Source: Fidelibacterota bacterium (GTDB taxonomy: Bacteria; Fidelibacterota; Marinisomatia; Marinisomatales; JAHJCW01). From it: 29,612 bases of DNA. A program made the position numbers and the translations under genes. Below the pieces are notes generated by a model, which searched no databases, was not told the DNA's origin, and saw nothing but the letters and a program-made list of their open reading frames with translations. Where the stretch lies: NCBI GenBank assembly GCA_036476435.1, contig JAZGBQ010000130.1:1-29612 (forward strand), read 5' to 3'. The first letter of the stretch is position 1. Each line of letters begins with the position of its first letter. Shown piece by piece: positions 8,006 through 16,980 of this stretch.

Positions 8006-9364
8006 ATGAAAAGAACACTAATATTACTCTGTGGTTTTATTTGTGTATTGATAATTCCGGCTGTTGCGCAGGATATCGTTTACCGTGTTCCTATCCAGGG
8101 GACCATTGACCTTGGTTTGCCACCATTTATCGAACGGGTAATTGAAGCTGCTGAAGAAGAAGGTGCGGCAGCGGTTATATTTGATATTGACACTTTTGGC
8201 GGACGTGTTGATGCAGCTACGCAGATAAAAGATGCGATCCTTGACGCAAAACTGCCAACCATTGCATTTATAAATCGCCGCGCGATATCCGCCGGTGCAC
8301 TGATATCCTTATCCTGTGAGAAGATATACATGACCAGCGGCGGAACTATTGGCGCAGCAACGGCGGTGGACATGTCCGGTGAGAAAGGCTCGGAAAAAGT
8401 GATCAGCTATATGCGTGAAGAGATGGCATCCACGGCCGAAAGCCGTGGACGGAACACTGATATTGCCAAGGGTATGGTTGACGAAGAACTAACGTTCACC
8501 CATATAGTATTGGACGGAGATTCGATTGAGGTAACGGATCTTGAAGGCCGCAAGGAAGGTAAACTGATAACTTTGACAACAGAAACGGCCGTTAAGTACA
8601 AGATCGCTGACGGCCAAGCTGAAACCTTTGAGGAGGTATTGGCGGTTATAGGCAGTGAAAATGCTCAGATACGATCCGTGCACGAAAACTGGTCAGAGAA
8701 TTTAGTTCGATTTCTTACAAATCCAGTGGTTGCTTCCCTGCTGATGACTTTTGGATTTTTGGGTATTCTTTTTGAATTACAAAGCCCGGGGTGGGGTATT
8801 CCGGGAACGATAGGCGCGGTATGCCTGACACTGTCGCTGGGAGCCTCTTATATTGCTGAACTGGCGACCATGACAGATCTTATTATTATTCTTGTTGGTG
8901 TGGCGTTTTTACTCGTAGAGGTGTTGTTCATTCCAGGCTTTGGGGTTGCCGGAATCGCCGGGATCGGAATTATTATATGGGGTTTATACGCATTGTTATT
9001 ACCGGATATCCCGGTTGGCGAAGAGATAAAATCCATGGCACTGACAGGTTTAACAATCGGGATCTTCGGAGGGATCATTGCTTTAATTCTTCTGTTCCGA
9101 CTTATGATAAAGACAAAATTCTGGACCAAGCTAACGTCACCCGGCATTGAAAGCCAGGAGGCAGGCTTCAATACGTCCATCGGTTTGGAAGATAAGGTGG
9201 GCAAAAAAGGTGTTGCCGTCACTGACCTGAGACCTTCCGGTTGGATTACCGTTGATGATAAGCGAATATTCGTTGTCAGCGAAGGAGATTATATCGATCA
9301 GGACGACCCTGTAAACATTTTATCCGTTGAAGGTAACCGCGTTGTAGTGCGAAAGATTAAATAA
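8006..9364 (+). CDS. nfeD: Long-form NfeD (ClpP-class serine protease domain, TM bundle, C-terminal OB-fold); YqeZ-like
   Basis: IDTFGGRVDAA, AISAGALIS (catalytic Ser), SEKVISYM (Lys), KLITLT, ELQSPGWGIPG, EVLFIPGFG, TDLRPSG and VEGNRVVVR. ATG 8006 preferred over GTG 8000. Confidence 0.92.
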   Translation: MKRTLILLCGFICVLIIPAVAQDIVYRVPIQGTIDLGLPPFIERVIEAAEEEGAAAVIFDIDTFGGRVDAATQIKDAILDAKLPTIAFINRRAISAGALISLSCEKIYMTSGGTIGAATAVDMSGEKGSEKVISYMREEMASTAESRGRNTDIAKGMVDEELTFTHIVLDGDSIEVTDLEGRKEGKLITLTTETAVKYKIADGQAETFEEVLAVIGSENAQIRSVHENWSENLVRFLTNPVVASLLMTFGFLGILFELQSPGWGIPGTIGAVCLTLSLGASYIAELATMTDLIIILVGVAFLLVEVLFIPGFGVAGIAGIGIIIWGLYALLLPDIPVGEEIKSMALTGLTIGIFGGIIALILLFRLMIKTKFWTKLTSPGIESQEAGFNTSIGLEDKVGKKGVAVTDLRPSGWITVDDKRIFVVSEGDYIDQDDPVNILSVEGNRVVVRKIK

Positions 9365-9385
9365 ATTTTAGAAGGAGTAATCATT

Positions 9386-10396
9386 ATGAGTGTAATATCA
9401 ATAATCCTGTTAAGCCTAGCTATAATTTTTGTTTTTATGCTTTTCTACTTTGTGCCTGTCGGTTTATGGGTGCAGGCTGTGGTCAGTTTAGGTCTAGGCA
9501 GAATAACCATCATTGATCTGATCCGCATGCGATTACGAAAGATCCCGCCGCGCCTGGTAACAGATGGTGTGATTAATACCCACAAGGCCGGACTGGATCA
9601 CATATCAACGGATATGTTGGAAACCCATTTCCTCGCTGGTGGGAATGTACAGAATATTATCGAGGCACTTATTGCTTCGGATAAAGCCAAGATCGCTCTG
9701 CCTTTCGAAACCGCGACAGCAATCGATCTGGCTGGAAGAGATGTAAAATCTGCCGTTCAAACCAGTGTCTATCCAAAGGTTATCGACGCTCCCAAGGACG
9801 GCTACCTGGCTGCAGTTGCAAAAGACGGGATTGAGTTAAAAGCCCGTGCCCGTGTCACGGTCCGCACCAATATCCCCGGCCTGGTCGGAGGCGCTACCGA
9901 TGAAACGATCATTGCCCGCGTGGGCGAAGGAATCGTTAGTGCAATTGGATCATCGGGTACCTATAGTGACGTTCTTGAGAATCCTGACAGCATTTCCAAA
10001 GCTGTATTGGACAAAGGGTTGGATGCCGGCACGGCATTTGAGATCCTCTCTATCGATATCGCAGACCTTGACGTAGGTAAGAACGTTGGCGCCCGGCTGC
10101 AGGAAGACCAGGCTGAAGCTGATCTCAGAGTAGCCCAGGCGAAAGCGGAAACGCGTCGCGCAATGGCAGTCGCAGCGGAGCAGGAAATGAAAGCGCGAGT
10201 CGAAGAAATGCAGGCAAAAGTTGTTGAGGCCGAAGCCGAAGTCCCCAAAGCTATGGCACAGGCATTTCGAGAAGGCAATCTTGGTATTTTCGACTATTAC
10301 AATATGAAAAATATTCAGGCAGATACTGGAATGCGGGACGCTATATCCGGAAAAGATCAAGACGAGACGACTAAAGCTCCCGAAAAAACGAGTTAA
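9386..10396 (+). CDS. floA: Flotillin-like protein FloA (YqfA/UPF0365)
   Basis: [77 protein letters not shown] and [20 protein letters not shown]. Confidence 0.95.
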   Translation: MSVISIILLSLAIIFVFMLFYFVPVGLWVQAVVSLGLGRITIIDLIRMRLRKIPPRLVTDGVINTHKAGLDHISTDMLETHFLAGGNVQNIIEALIASDKAKIALPFETATAIDLAGRDVKSAVQTSVYPKVIDAPKDGYLAAVAKDGIELKARARVTVRTNIPGLVGGATDETIIARVGEGIVSAIGSSGTYSDVLENPDSISKAVLDKGLDAGTAFEILSIDIADLDVGKNVGARLQEDQAEADLRVAQAKAETRRAMAVAAEQEMKARVEEMQAKVVEAEAEVPKAMAQAFREGNLGIFDYYNMKNIQADTGMRDAISGKDQDETTKAPEKTS

Positions 10397-10403
10397 TCTT
10401 CTC

Positions 10404-10919
10404 ATGGAGGGAATGGGCTACTGGATCTTTTTGATAATACTCTACGGTCTTTCCAGTTATCTAAGGAAACGGCGGAGACAGCAGGCACGTGATGCTCTGG
10501 AGCAGGAAGATCAAAAACAGGGTGAAGACAAACCCCAGCGAGATTGGAGACGATCGGAGATCTTCAAGGAGTTATTTGGCGGTCCTGAGCCTGAACCGGT
10601 GACCGCTGGTCCGGAAGACACGGATATCTTTGATTGGGATCAGGCGGATGAACCGGCTCATACAGTCCCGGCCGAGCCGGAGATTGAACCGAAAAAGCCG
10701 GTAACTGAACCCGTACGCGTTGAGCGATCTAAAAGAGAAGCGGGACCCCCTGAACGGCGGAAACATAGCCGACCTGGTTCGAAGATTGAAAAGGAAATTG
10801 AAGTTCCCCTTCTACAATCATTAAGATCAGCGCTTGAACGAAGAAGCAGCCTGAAGGAAGCTATTATTATGCGGGAGATCATTGAAAGGCCACTGGCATT
10901 ACGTAGAAAAAGCCGCTGA
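10404..10919 (+). CDS. YqfB-like accessory protein (N-terminal TM helix, acidic/Pro-rich linker, conserved-looking C-terminus)
   Basis: TM segment YWIFLIILYGLSSY; C-terminal LKEAIIMREIIERPLALRR resembles the YqfB tail; third gene after nfeD-floA. Confidence 0.6.
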   Translation: MEGMGYWIFLIILYGLSSYLRKRRRQQARDALEQEDQKQGEDKPQRDWRRSEIFKELFGGPEPEPVTAGPEDTDIFDWDQADEPAHTVPAEPEIEPKKPVTEPVRVERSKREAGPPERRKHSRPGSKIEKEIEVPLLQSLRSALERRSSLKEAIIMREIIERPLALRRKSR

Positions 10920-11063
10920 AAGAAGGGCAAGTACCGCGTCCAACTGATCGAACTGCAGTTGCAGTAGCCTCGGAAATAATATTTATGCCTAGCTGATTGA
11001 AGGCAGCCAACCAGCTTGCCTGGGAATGATGATGGTATTTGGTCAGATCTAGGTTCTGGGTAA

Positions 11064-12767
11064 CTAGCGCTTGATTCGAAGCCCTTTATCTTCATTGATA
11101 AAGATCCAGGCCGCGACCTTCCCGATATTGGTGCCATTGTCCAATGACCAGTATTGCTTTCCATGATGGTATTTTGAGCTGCTGTCATCATCCGGCAAAG
11201 CATCGACATAGTGATTGATCTGCTTGATGCGATCTTGCCAGGAAACCATATTCCGTTCCCTGAGATCAACCCATCCGGACCACGACCATTCATCAATATG
11301 TTCGGCTGAGATGGTTAATGTCTCATTATATTCCTGAACAGGGATCTTCACTTCCGGGCCGCGTAAGAATTGTTTACCATCAGGCAGCAATATTGGTATG
11401 CCGATAGAGATTATCTGTGCTCGCAGAGCCGGTTCTTCTTGAATTAATATATTTAGATCTTTGGATAATTCCGAAGGACTCCGTGACAGGATGCCGGTTA
11501 TATCGCCGCATACACGACTCAATAGATAGGCCTCATATAGCAATTTTGACAGGCGAGGAGGTCCCAGGATCTCAAAGGCAACACTATCAACGTTGTGTTT
11601 TTTCTGTAAAATTTCCATTTCAGATAGTGCCTGGTGGCGAACATACCCGGCTCGGTATGTTGGGCCCATAATAGAATTATCCAGGGCATTTATTATGTCA
11701 TATCCGGTGCTGTCCCCCAATATTTCCAGAATGACATTTTCAGCAATTTCCTCCGGTGTAACAAATTCCATTTGACCGGCTGTTGTTATTGTCTCAAACT
11801 CACCAACGGAAAAAATACCATTTTCACCGGTATCGATATAGACAGATTTTAAGGTATCATTTAGATCAGACCAGTTCTGTACACCGGCAAAATGGAATGT
11901 ACTGCCAAAATCTTCTGCTTTTTCCAACGGGCAATCATATAGACGGATTGGCTGCCCGTGTTTCTTGATCTCACCGTAACGGATCTGCTTCCACGCAATT
12001 GCCGCAGCCGGTTTGACCTCCTTGCAGATTGGTCCATCGGGCGTACGACCCATGAGGAAAAGAAGCATCGTGTGCGCACCGGATAGTGATGATTTACTTA
12101 ACAGGACTCGCGACGGGCGCTCCTCGCTGTGTGTGTAAGGAATATTAAGGCCCATACCGCCCGTTCCCGTAGTGCCGATCTTAATATAAACACCGGTCTT
12201 ATTCTCGCACATGGAGGCATGCAGGATCTGAATGTGCCGAATGATCTGAGGAATATAAAGTGTCGTGAGCATTTTCTCAATCTCCGCGGATAGTTCATCT
12301 GTCAATTTGTCTTCAGACCGCGCTTTAGACAGGGTATGTTTTACATTATAATAACCACGGTAAATGTCCTGGTAGGCCAACCCTGTGGCAGTGTTCACAG
12401 CATCAATAATTATATGGGGCTTATGGCGTGAGATGATTTTGTGAAGGGTTGATCTTTGCAATATATCGCCAGAAAAAGATTCCATTGTATCTTCCAGCAG
12501 CATTTGACGGTGCGCTTGTGCATTCAACAGCGTATTACGGTCAAGGTCTTTCAATTCCTCCCTGACGAACAAATTTCCCCATACTGGTGTAAAATCGATC
12601 CCAGGAGCCATTTTTTTCATGGTTTTGCACGCGTTATCGGCTTCTTCTTTCTTTAGAGACAGAATTATTACTTCTTTTGGTTTGTGTTCGATAAGTTTGT
12701 GTAATACTGCAGTCCCGACTAAACCCCAGCCGCCTAAGACAAGAATGCGCCGGTCTCTAATATCCAT
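11064..12767 (-). CDS. Uncharacterised 567-aa Rossmann-fold protein (atypical extended SDR)
   Basis: ILVLGGWGLVG dinucleotide-binding motif and PHIIIDAVNTA; no YxxxK at the expected position. AAGGAG SD; start overlaps the ptb stop by 11 nt. Confidence 0.8.
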   Translation of the reverse strand: MDIRDRRILVLGGWGLVGTAVLHKLIEHKPKEVIILSLKKEEADNACKTMKKMAPGIDFTPVWGNLFVREELKDLDRNTLLNAQAHRQMLLEDTMESFSGDILQRSTLHKIISRHKPHIIIDAVNTATGLAYQDIYRGYYNVKHTLSKARSEDKLTDELSAEIEKMLTTLYIPQIIRHIQILHASMCENKTGVYIKIGTTGTGGMGLNIPYTHSEERPSRVLLSKSSLSGAHTMLLFLMGRTPDGPICKEVKPAAAIAWKQIRYGEIKKHGQPIRLYDCPLEKAEDFGSTFHFAGVQNWSDLNDTLKSVYIDTGENGIFSVGEFETITTAGQMEFVTPEEIAENVILEILGDSTGYDIINALDNSIMGPTYRAGYVRHQALSEMEILQKKHNVDSVAFEILGPPRLSKLLYEAYLLSRVCGDITGILSRSPSELSKDLNILIQEEPALRAQIISIGIPILLPDGKQFLRGPEVKIPVQEYNETLTISAEHIDEWSWSGWVDLRERNMVSWQDRIKQINHYVDALPDDDSSSKYHHGKQYWSLDNGTNIGKVAAWIFINEDKGLRIKR

Positions 12768-13599
12768 TTTTTTCTCCTTGAAGGATTAATAATCCAAGTG
12801 CAATTGAATTTAGTTTTGTTTCCAAAGTATCGGACCGTGATAACAGAACGATAGGGACGGAAGCACCGAGAATTATTCCGCCCCCTTGAGCTCCGCCAAT
12901 CTCCAGCAAAGCCTTGCTGACAAAATTCGTTGCCGTTATGTTGGGCCCAATAAAAACATCAGTCTGTCCGGCAATTCGGGATGACAGACCTTTAGCCCTT
13001 GCCGCCTCCCCCGATAGGGCAACATCCAGTGCAACAGGACCTTCAATAATAAAGCGTTGATCATTTTTATAGCGTTGCGCCGTCTGCTGCGCGAACATTG
13101 TTTCAGGAAGTTTTGATGTCACCTTTTCAACCAGAGCAAGCATGGCGATATTAGGTTTTGGATTTTGAAGTGCCTGTGTTACTAGTAGAACATTTTCCAG
13201 AATTGCATCTAAAATATCCTCTGAAATCCTGGTATTCACACCACCGTCAGTTGTAAGAAGTAAGCGCTTGTACCGGGGCGATTCAAGAACGGCAATGTGC
13301 GTCAATAATCGATCTTTATCTTTTCTAAGCTGTGAATTCATCACTGCTTTCAGCAGACTGGCGGTATCGATATCACCTTTCATAAGTAACCAGGGTTTAT
13401 CCGTATCCATGGCAGCCAGGGCTTTATGTGTTGCTGCAACTGGATCGGGATCCGAGAATATGTTCGGCTTGATCCAATTCTTTATTTCAGATTCCTTCAG
13501 GACCTGGAACAGGTATTCCTGTTTCGGATTAACTATTGCCAGGGATGTCGGACTTCCTCTGGAAACGACCTTACGGATGGTGTTGTAATTGGTTATCAT
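12757..13599 (-). CDS. ptb: Phosphate butyryltransferase / phosphate acyltransferase (PTA_PTB family)
   Basis: LLMKGDIDTASLLKAV, LTHIAVLE, LTTDGGVN, IEGPVALDVA and GASVPIVLLSRSD..KLNSIAL. N-terminus looks shortened. Confidence 0.85.
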   Translation of the reverse strand: MITNYNTIRKVVSRGSPTSLAIVNPKQEYLFQVLKESEIKNWIKPNIFSDPDPVAATHKALAAMDTDKPWLLMKGDIDTASLLKAVMNSQLRKDKDRLLTHIAVLESPRYKRLLLTTDGGVNTRISEDILDAILENVLLVTQALQNPKPNIAMLALVEKVTSKLPETMFAQQTAQRYKNDQRFIIEGPVALDVALSGEAARAKGLSSRIAGQTDVFIGPNITATNFVSKALLEIGGAQGGGIILGASVPIVLLSRSDTLETKLNSIALGLLILQGEKNGY

Positions 13600-13923
13600 T
13601 TATTTGTATTCCTGGACCAGCCCGGTTCCGTTTAATACTCGCAGAACACCCATGACCAATGCTTCCAGCACTGGTTCATTTATTCCATACGCACTTCCGT
13701 GCTGTGCTTTTAGGGGACCATCATGGGCTGCCATTGCATCTAAATGATCGATGGATTTCAAAAAGGGTTCAAGGAGGTTTACACTTGTTTGGCTCTGGTC
13801 AGAAATCCAAACCGGAAGGTCGTCAGCAGTATGACAGGTATGCTGGCACCATAGTTCCCGGTTATTATTAAAATACCCGACCTCGATTGTGGTAGAACCG
13901 GGATTAATGGCTAAAATAAAGAA
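13600..13923 (-). pseudogene. buk: Butyrate kinase remnant: N-terminal ~80 codons fused in frame to the last ~20 codons, no canonical start
   Basis: Hand translation: (F)FILAINPGSTTIEVGYF...SDQ...DAMAAHDGPLKAQHGSAYGINEPVLEALVMGVLRVLNGTGLVQEYK*. INPGSTT is the ASKHA phosphate-1 motif and ALVMGVLRVL.G...EY is the Buk C-terminus. SD AGGAGGTGA at 13935-13927; TAA abuts the ptb ATG. Confidence 0.88.
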
Positions 13924-13962
13924 GGCTCACCTCCTGTTTCTTCAGCTAATCGGATGTCACAC

Positions 13963-14223
13963 CTAGGCTTCTTCGTGGAATGAAGTACGAATGCCGTTAC
14001 TTGAAAAACTGTCAGCACGGCACTCATCCAATTTATTCTTTAGGGTATTGTAATGCTCAATTTCAAGTTCAGCCAGATCAAGCAGGAATTTTTTTAATTT
14101 CGGTTCAGTCATGTGCCGGGCGGCATCCCGGTAGAATTTTGAGGCATCCTGTTCTTCTGCCATAGCATACTCTAGAATGTTTTCGATTGATGTAAACTGT
14201 TGCGGCGCTTTTTTATCGACCAA
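13963..14223 (-). CDS. Small ferritin-like / rubrerythrin-family protein (single helix pair)
   Basis: AMAEEQDASKFYRDAA...LLDLAELEIEHY: E..FY plus ExxH diiron half-site. TTG start with a GAAGGAAGG SD. Confidence 0.8.
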   Translation of the reverse strand: MVDKKAPQQFTSIENILEYAMAEEQDASKFYRDAARHMTEPKLKKFLLDLAELEIEHYNTLKNKLDECRADSFSSNGIRTSFHEEA

Positions 14224-14236
14224 AAAATACCTTCCT

Positions 14237-14788
14237 TCAGATTACGGCAGGTTCTTTAACAAGCTCCATACCACGGCGCAGGGCTTTTTCATTGACCGGA
14301 ATGAGATGATGATGTCGGTCTGGTAAAATCTTGGTCAATGCCTCCAAAATAGATTCTAAACTGACGAGGGGCTTGAGAGCAAGATAAGATCCCAGCAAGA
14401 TCATGTTTAATGTTTTTTTGTTGCCCAGGGCTTCTGCCTCGATTGCCGCTGCTATCTTATTGATTGTAATATCCTTACGGGTAGGGGGATCAACGATGTT
14501 ATTAGCTTCGTAGAACAGGAAACCGTCTGGCTTAACTGTTAGTTCAAACTTTTCCAGGGAGGGTTGATTCAAAATGATCGCAGTATCGTAACGGCTAATG
14601 ATCGGTGAGCTCACTTTCGAATCAGAAATTATTACGGTACAGTTTGCTGTACCTCCACGCATTTCAGGACCGTAACTCGGGATCCAGGCAACCTGCTTGT
14701 CTTCGACCATACCGGCATAAGCCAGGGTCATCCCCAGTGATAGAACTCCCTGGCCACCAAAACCTGCAATAATAATTTCTTCGTTCAT
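14237..14788 (-). CDS. 2-oxoacid:ferredoxin oxidoreductase gamma subunit
   Basis: IIIAGFGGQGVL, PSYGPEMRGGTANC and NMILLG. Start reassigned to ATG 14788 (MNEEIII). Confidence 0.93.
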   Translation of the reverse strand: MNEEIIIAGFGGQGVLSLGMTLAYAGMVEDKQVAWIPSYGPEMRGGTANCTVIISDSKVSSPIISRYDTAIILNQPSLEKFELTVKPDGFLFYEANNIVDPPTRKDITINKIAAAIEAEALGNKKTLNMILLGSYLALKPLVSLESILEALTKILPDRHHHLIPVNEKALRRGMELVKEPAVI

Positions 14789-14792
14789 TTTA

Positions 14793-15587
14793 CTATATTC
14801 CCTTTTCCGGGAGTTTGTAATCTCCAAGGGGGAAGAAATCAACGACATCCCGGTTAATGTACTGGTTCGATTCTAGGGGAGTCATTTTCCAACCCGCGGG
14901 ACAATTTGAAATGATCTCAATAAAGCTGGTGCCGCCCTTACCTTCAACCTGGTACTGGAAGGCCGTTTTAATAGCTTTTTTTGCTTTTCGTACTGTCTTT
15001 GCAGAATTAACAGCCTGCCTGGTGACATAATAGGACCCGTCCAGGAGGGCGACAAGCTCGGACATTCTGATAGGATTCCCCTGGGTGACCAGATCGCGTC
15101 CTTCCGGAGAAGTGGATGTCACAGCACCGGCCAGCGTCGTAGGTGCCATTTGCCCCCCGGTCATGCCGTAAATCCCATTGTTGATGAAAATAATAACGAT
15201 GTTTTCACCACGATTGATCGTATGGATCGTCTCAGATGTACCGATAGCTGCCAGGTCTCCGTCGCCCTGATAAGTAAAGACTATTTTGTCTGGGAGTACC
15301 CGTTTAATACCTGTGGCAACCGCCGTTGCGCGACCGTGTGCGGCCTCCTGCATATCTATATTCAGATAATGATAAGCAAGGACCGAACAACCAACCGGTG
15401 CAACGCCGATCGTTCGATCAATTATATCCAGCTCTTCAACTATTTCCATTAACAATCTATGAACCACGGAATGCCCACATCCGGGGCAATAATGGTTCTC
15501 AATATCATATAGCGTACCAGGCCGCTCCCAAACGATGTCCAGTTGATCAAGGATTTCGCACTGAATTCCTTCTTGAATGACAGCCAT
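14793..15587 (-). CDS. 2-oxoacid:ferredoxin oxidoreductase beta subunit (TPP-binding)
   Basis: YCPGCGH, VGCS, HGRA and GDGDLAAIG...NNGIYGMTGGQMAPTT, plus SNCP. Confidence 0.95.
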   Translation of the reverse strand: MAVIQEGIQCEILDQLDIVWERPGTLYDIENHYCPGCGHSVVHRLLMEIVEELDIIDRTIGVAPVGCSVLAYHYLNIDMQEAAHGRATAVATGIKRVLPDKIVFTYQGDGDLAAIGTSETIHTINRGENIVIIFINNGIYGMTGGQMAPTTLAGAVTSTSPEGRDLVTQGNPIRMSELVALLDGSYYVTRQAVNSAKTVRKAKKAIKTAFQYQVEGKGGTSFIEIISNCPAGWKMTPLESNQYINRDVVDFFPLGDYKLPEKGI

Positions 15588-16678
15588 TATGAGTCCTTTC
15601 CCATTTGATCAGTTGATACATTGATCAATTTTGTTATTTCCTCCAGGATATCTTCCGGCTGGGGGATCATTCCACCCATGCGGCCGTAGAATTCTACCGG
15701 GGTTTCCCCGTTAACCGCCAGGCGCACGTCCTCAACCATTTGTCCTGCATTCATCTCAACCACCAGAAGCCCTTTCACTTGACGCGCCAGTTCTTGTATT
15801 GCTGTGACAGGGAATGGGAATAACGTTTGGGGTCTCAGAAGACCGATCTTTAAACCTTGTGCCCGGGCAAGTTCGAGGGCCTTAAGTGCCGACCTGGACG
15901 TTAGTCCGAAAGCAATAATAGCGTAATCGGCATCCTCAGTCTCAGTTGTTTCAAAGTGGACTTCCTTTTCCTTAATAATCTGATATTTCTTCTGGAGTCC
16001 TTGATTGATCCTTTCCATTTTTTCGGGGTCCAGGTACAGGGAAGTAATATAATGTTGATCCCGACCATTGAGACGTCCGCGCGTTGTCCAGGACGAATGA
16101 TCAACCTTATGATCTTCAATATTGTACTCAGGGAATTCCACCGACTCCATCATTTGTCCCAAAGCACCATCCGCAAGAATACAAACCGGGTTACGATACA
16201 AATCCGCCAGATCCATTCCAAGATAAACAAAATCGGCCATTTCCTGGACACTATTGGGAGCTAGCACGATCATTTTATAATCGCCGTGTCCCCCGCCTTT
16301 GACTGCCTGGAAATAATCTCCCTGGGAAGGCTGGATTGTTCCCAGTCCGGGCCCGCCGCGAACCACATTTACTAAAAGACATGGTAATTCCGCACAGGCA
16401 ATGTAAGAAATTCCTTCCTGCATCAGGCTGAAACCAGGACTGCTGGTACTGGTCATGGCTCGTTCTCCTGTACCGGCAGCTCCGTACACCATATTGATAG
16501 CAGCAACCTCACTTTCAGCCTGGACAAAAGCACCCCCCCGCTTAGGCAGTTCATTCGCAAGGTATTCCAGCAGCTCGGACTGGGGCGTGATAGGATAACC
16601 GAAGTATCCTTTCAGCCCGGCCCGTATGGCTGCCTCGGCCAGCGCCTCATTGCCTTTCATTAATAGTTTCTTTCCCAT
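15587..16678 (-). CDS. vorB: 2-oxoacid:ferredoxin oxidoreductase alpha subunit (VorB/KorA-like)
   Basis: MKGNEALAEAA, GYPITPQSE, QAESEVAAINMVYGAA, TSTSSPGFSL, RGGPGLG and VEMNAGQM. Substrate specificity cannot be established from the sequence. Confidence 0.9.
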   Translation of the reverse strand: MGKKLLMKGNEALAEAAIRAGLKGYFGYPITPQSELLEYLANELPKRGGAFVQAESEVAAINMVYGAAGTGERAMTSTSSPGFSLMQEGISYIACAELPCLLVNVVRGGPGLGTIQPSQGDYFQAVKGGGHGDYKMIVLAPNSVQEMADFVYLGMDLADLYRNPVCILADGALGQMMESVEFPEYNIEDHKVDHSSWTTRGRLNGRDQHYITSLYLDPEKMERINQGLQKKYQIIKEKEVHFETTETEDADYAIIAFGLTSRSALKALELARAQGLKIGLLRPQTLFPFPVTAIQELARQVKGLLVVEMNAGQMVEDVRLAVNGETPVEFYGRMGGMIPQPEDILEEITKLINVSTDQMGKDS

Positions 16679-16692
16679 GCTTAAATAAGCCT

Positions 16693-16980
16693 TTAATTGA
16701 TAGGAATTGTTATTGTATCTTTCAGATTTATGGTCTCGACAGACAGGTTTTTATGTTTTTTCTTTGGTTCACGGTAGACCGTAATAATTGCTTCGGGACA
16801 GACCAGCGCGCAATTTGTACAACCGGTGCAGGTATCATCGGACAGAATAGCATAATGGTAACTTTTCTTGTTGATATTTGGCGACATGGATAGCGCCTTT
16901 GGAGGACATTCTTCCAGGCACAGTTCGCAGCCCTTGCATTTTTCGATATCAATTGAAATAAAACCGTATGTTTTAGCCAT
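16693..16980 (-). CDS. 2x[4Fe-4S] ferredoxin, oxidoreductase delta subunit
   Basis: CKGCELCLEECP and CTGCTNCALVCP motifs; first gene of the OFOR operon. Confidence 0.93.
   Translation of the reverse strand: MAKTYGFISIDIEKCKGCELCLEECPPKALSMSPNINKKSYHYAILSDDTCTGCTNCALVCPEAIITVYREPKKKHKNLSVETINLKDTITIPIN

Noticed and set aside
9846-10405. Alternative-frame and antisense ORFs over floA (9846-10076, 9950-10405, 9961-10278)
   Set aside because: Fully contained in a highly conserved gene; typical shadow frames.
10986-11020. Hairpin in the convergent gap between the yqfB-like gene and the SDR as a terminator or ncRNA
   Set aside because: Only ~9 bp with a G-U pair and no U-tract; no recognisable RNA family.
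10658-11296. 212-aa minus-strand ORF overlapping the SDR 3' end and antisense to the yqfB-like gene
   Set aside because: Ser/Arg-rich, no motifs, and overlaps two better-supported genes; a shadow ORF.
13963-14030. Ferritin-like C-terminal tail as an encapsulin targeting peptide
   Set aside because: No LxIGSL-like motif and no encapsulin gene in the window.
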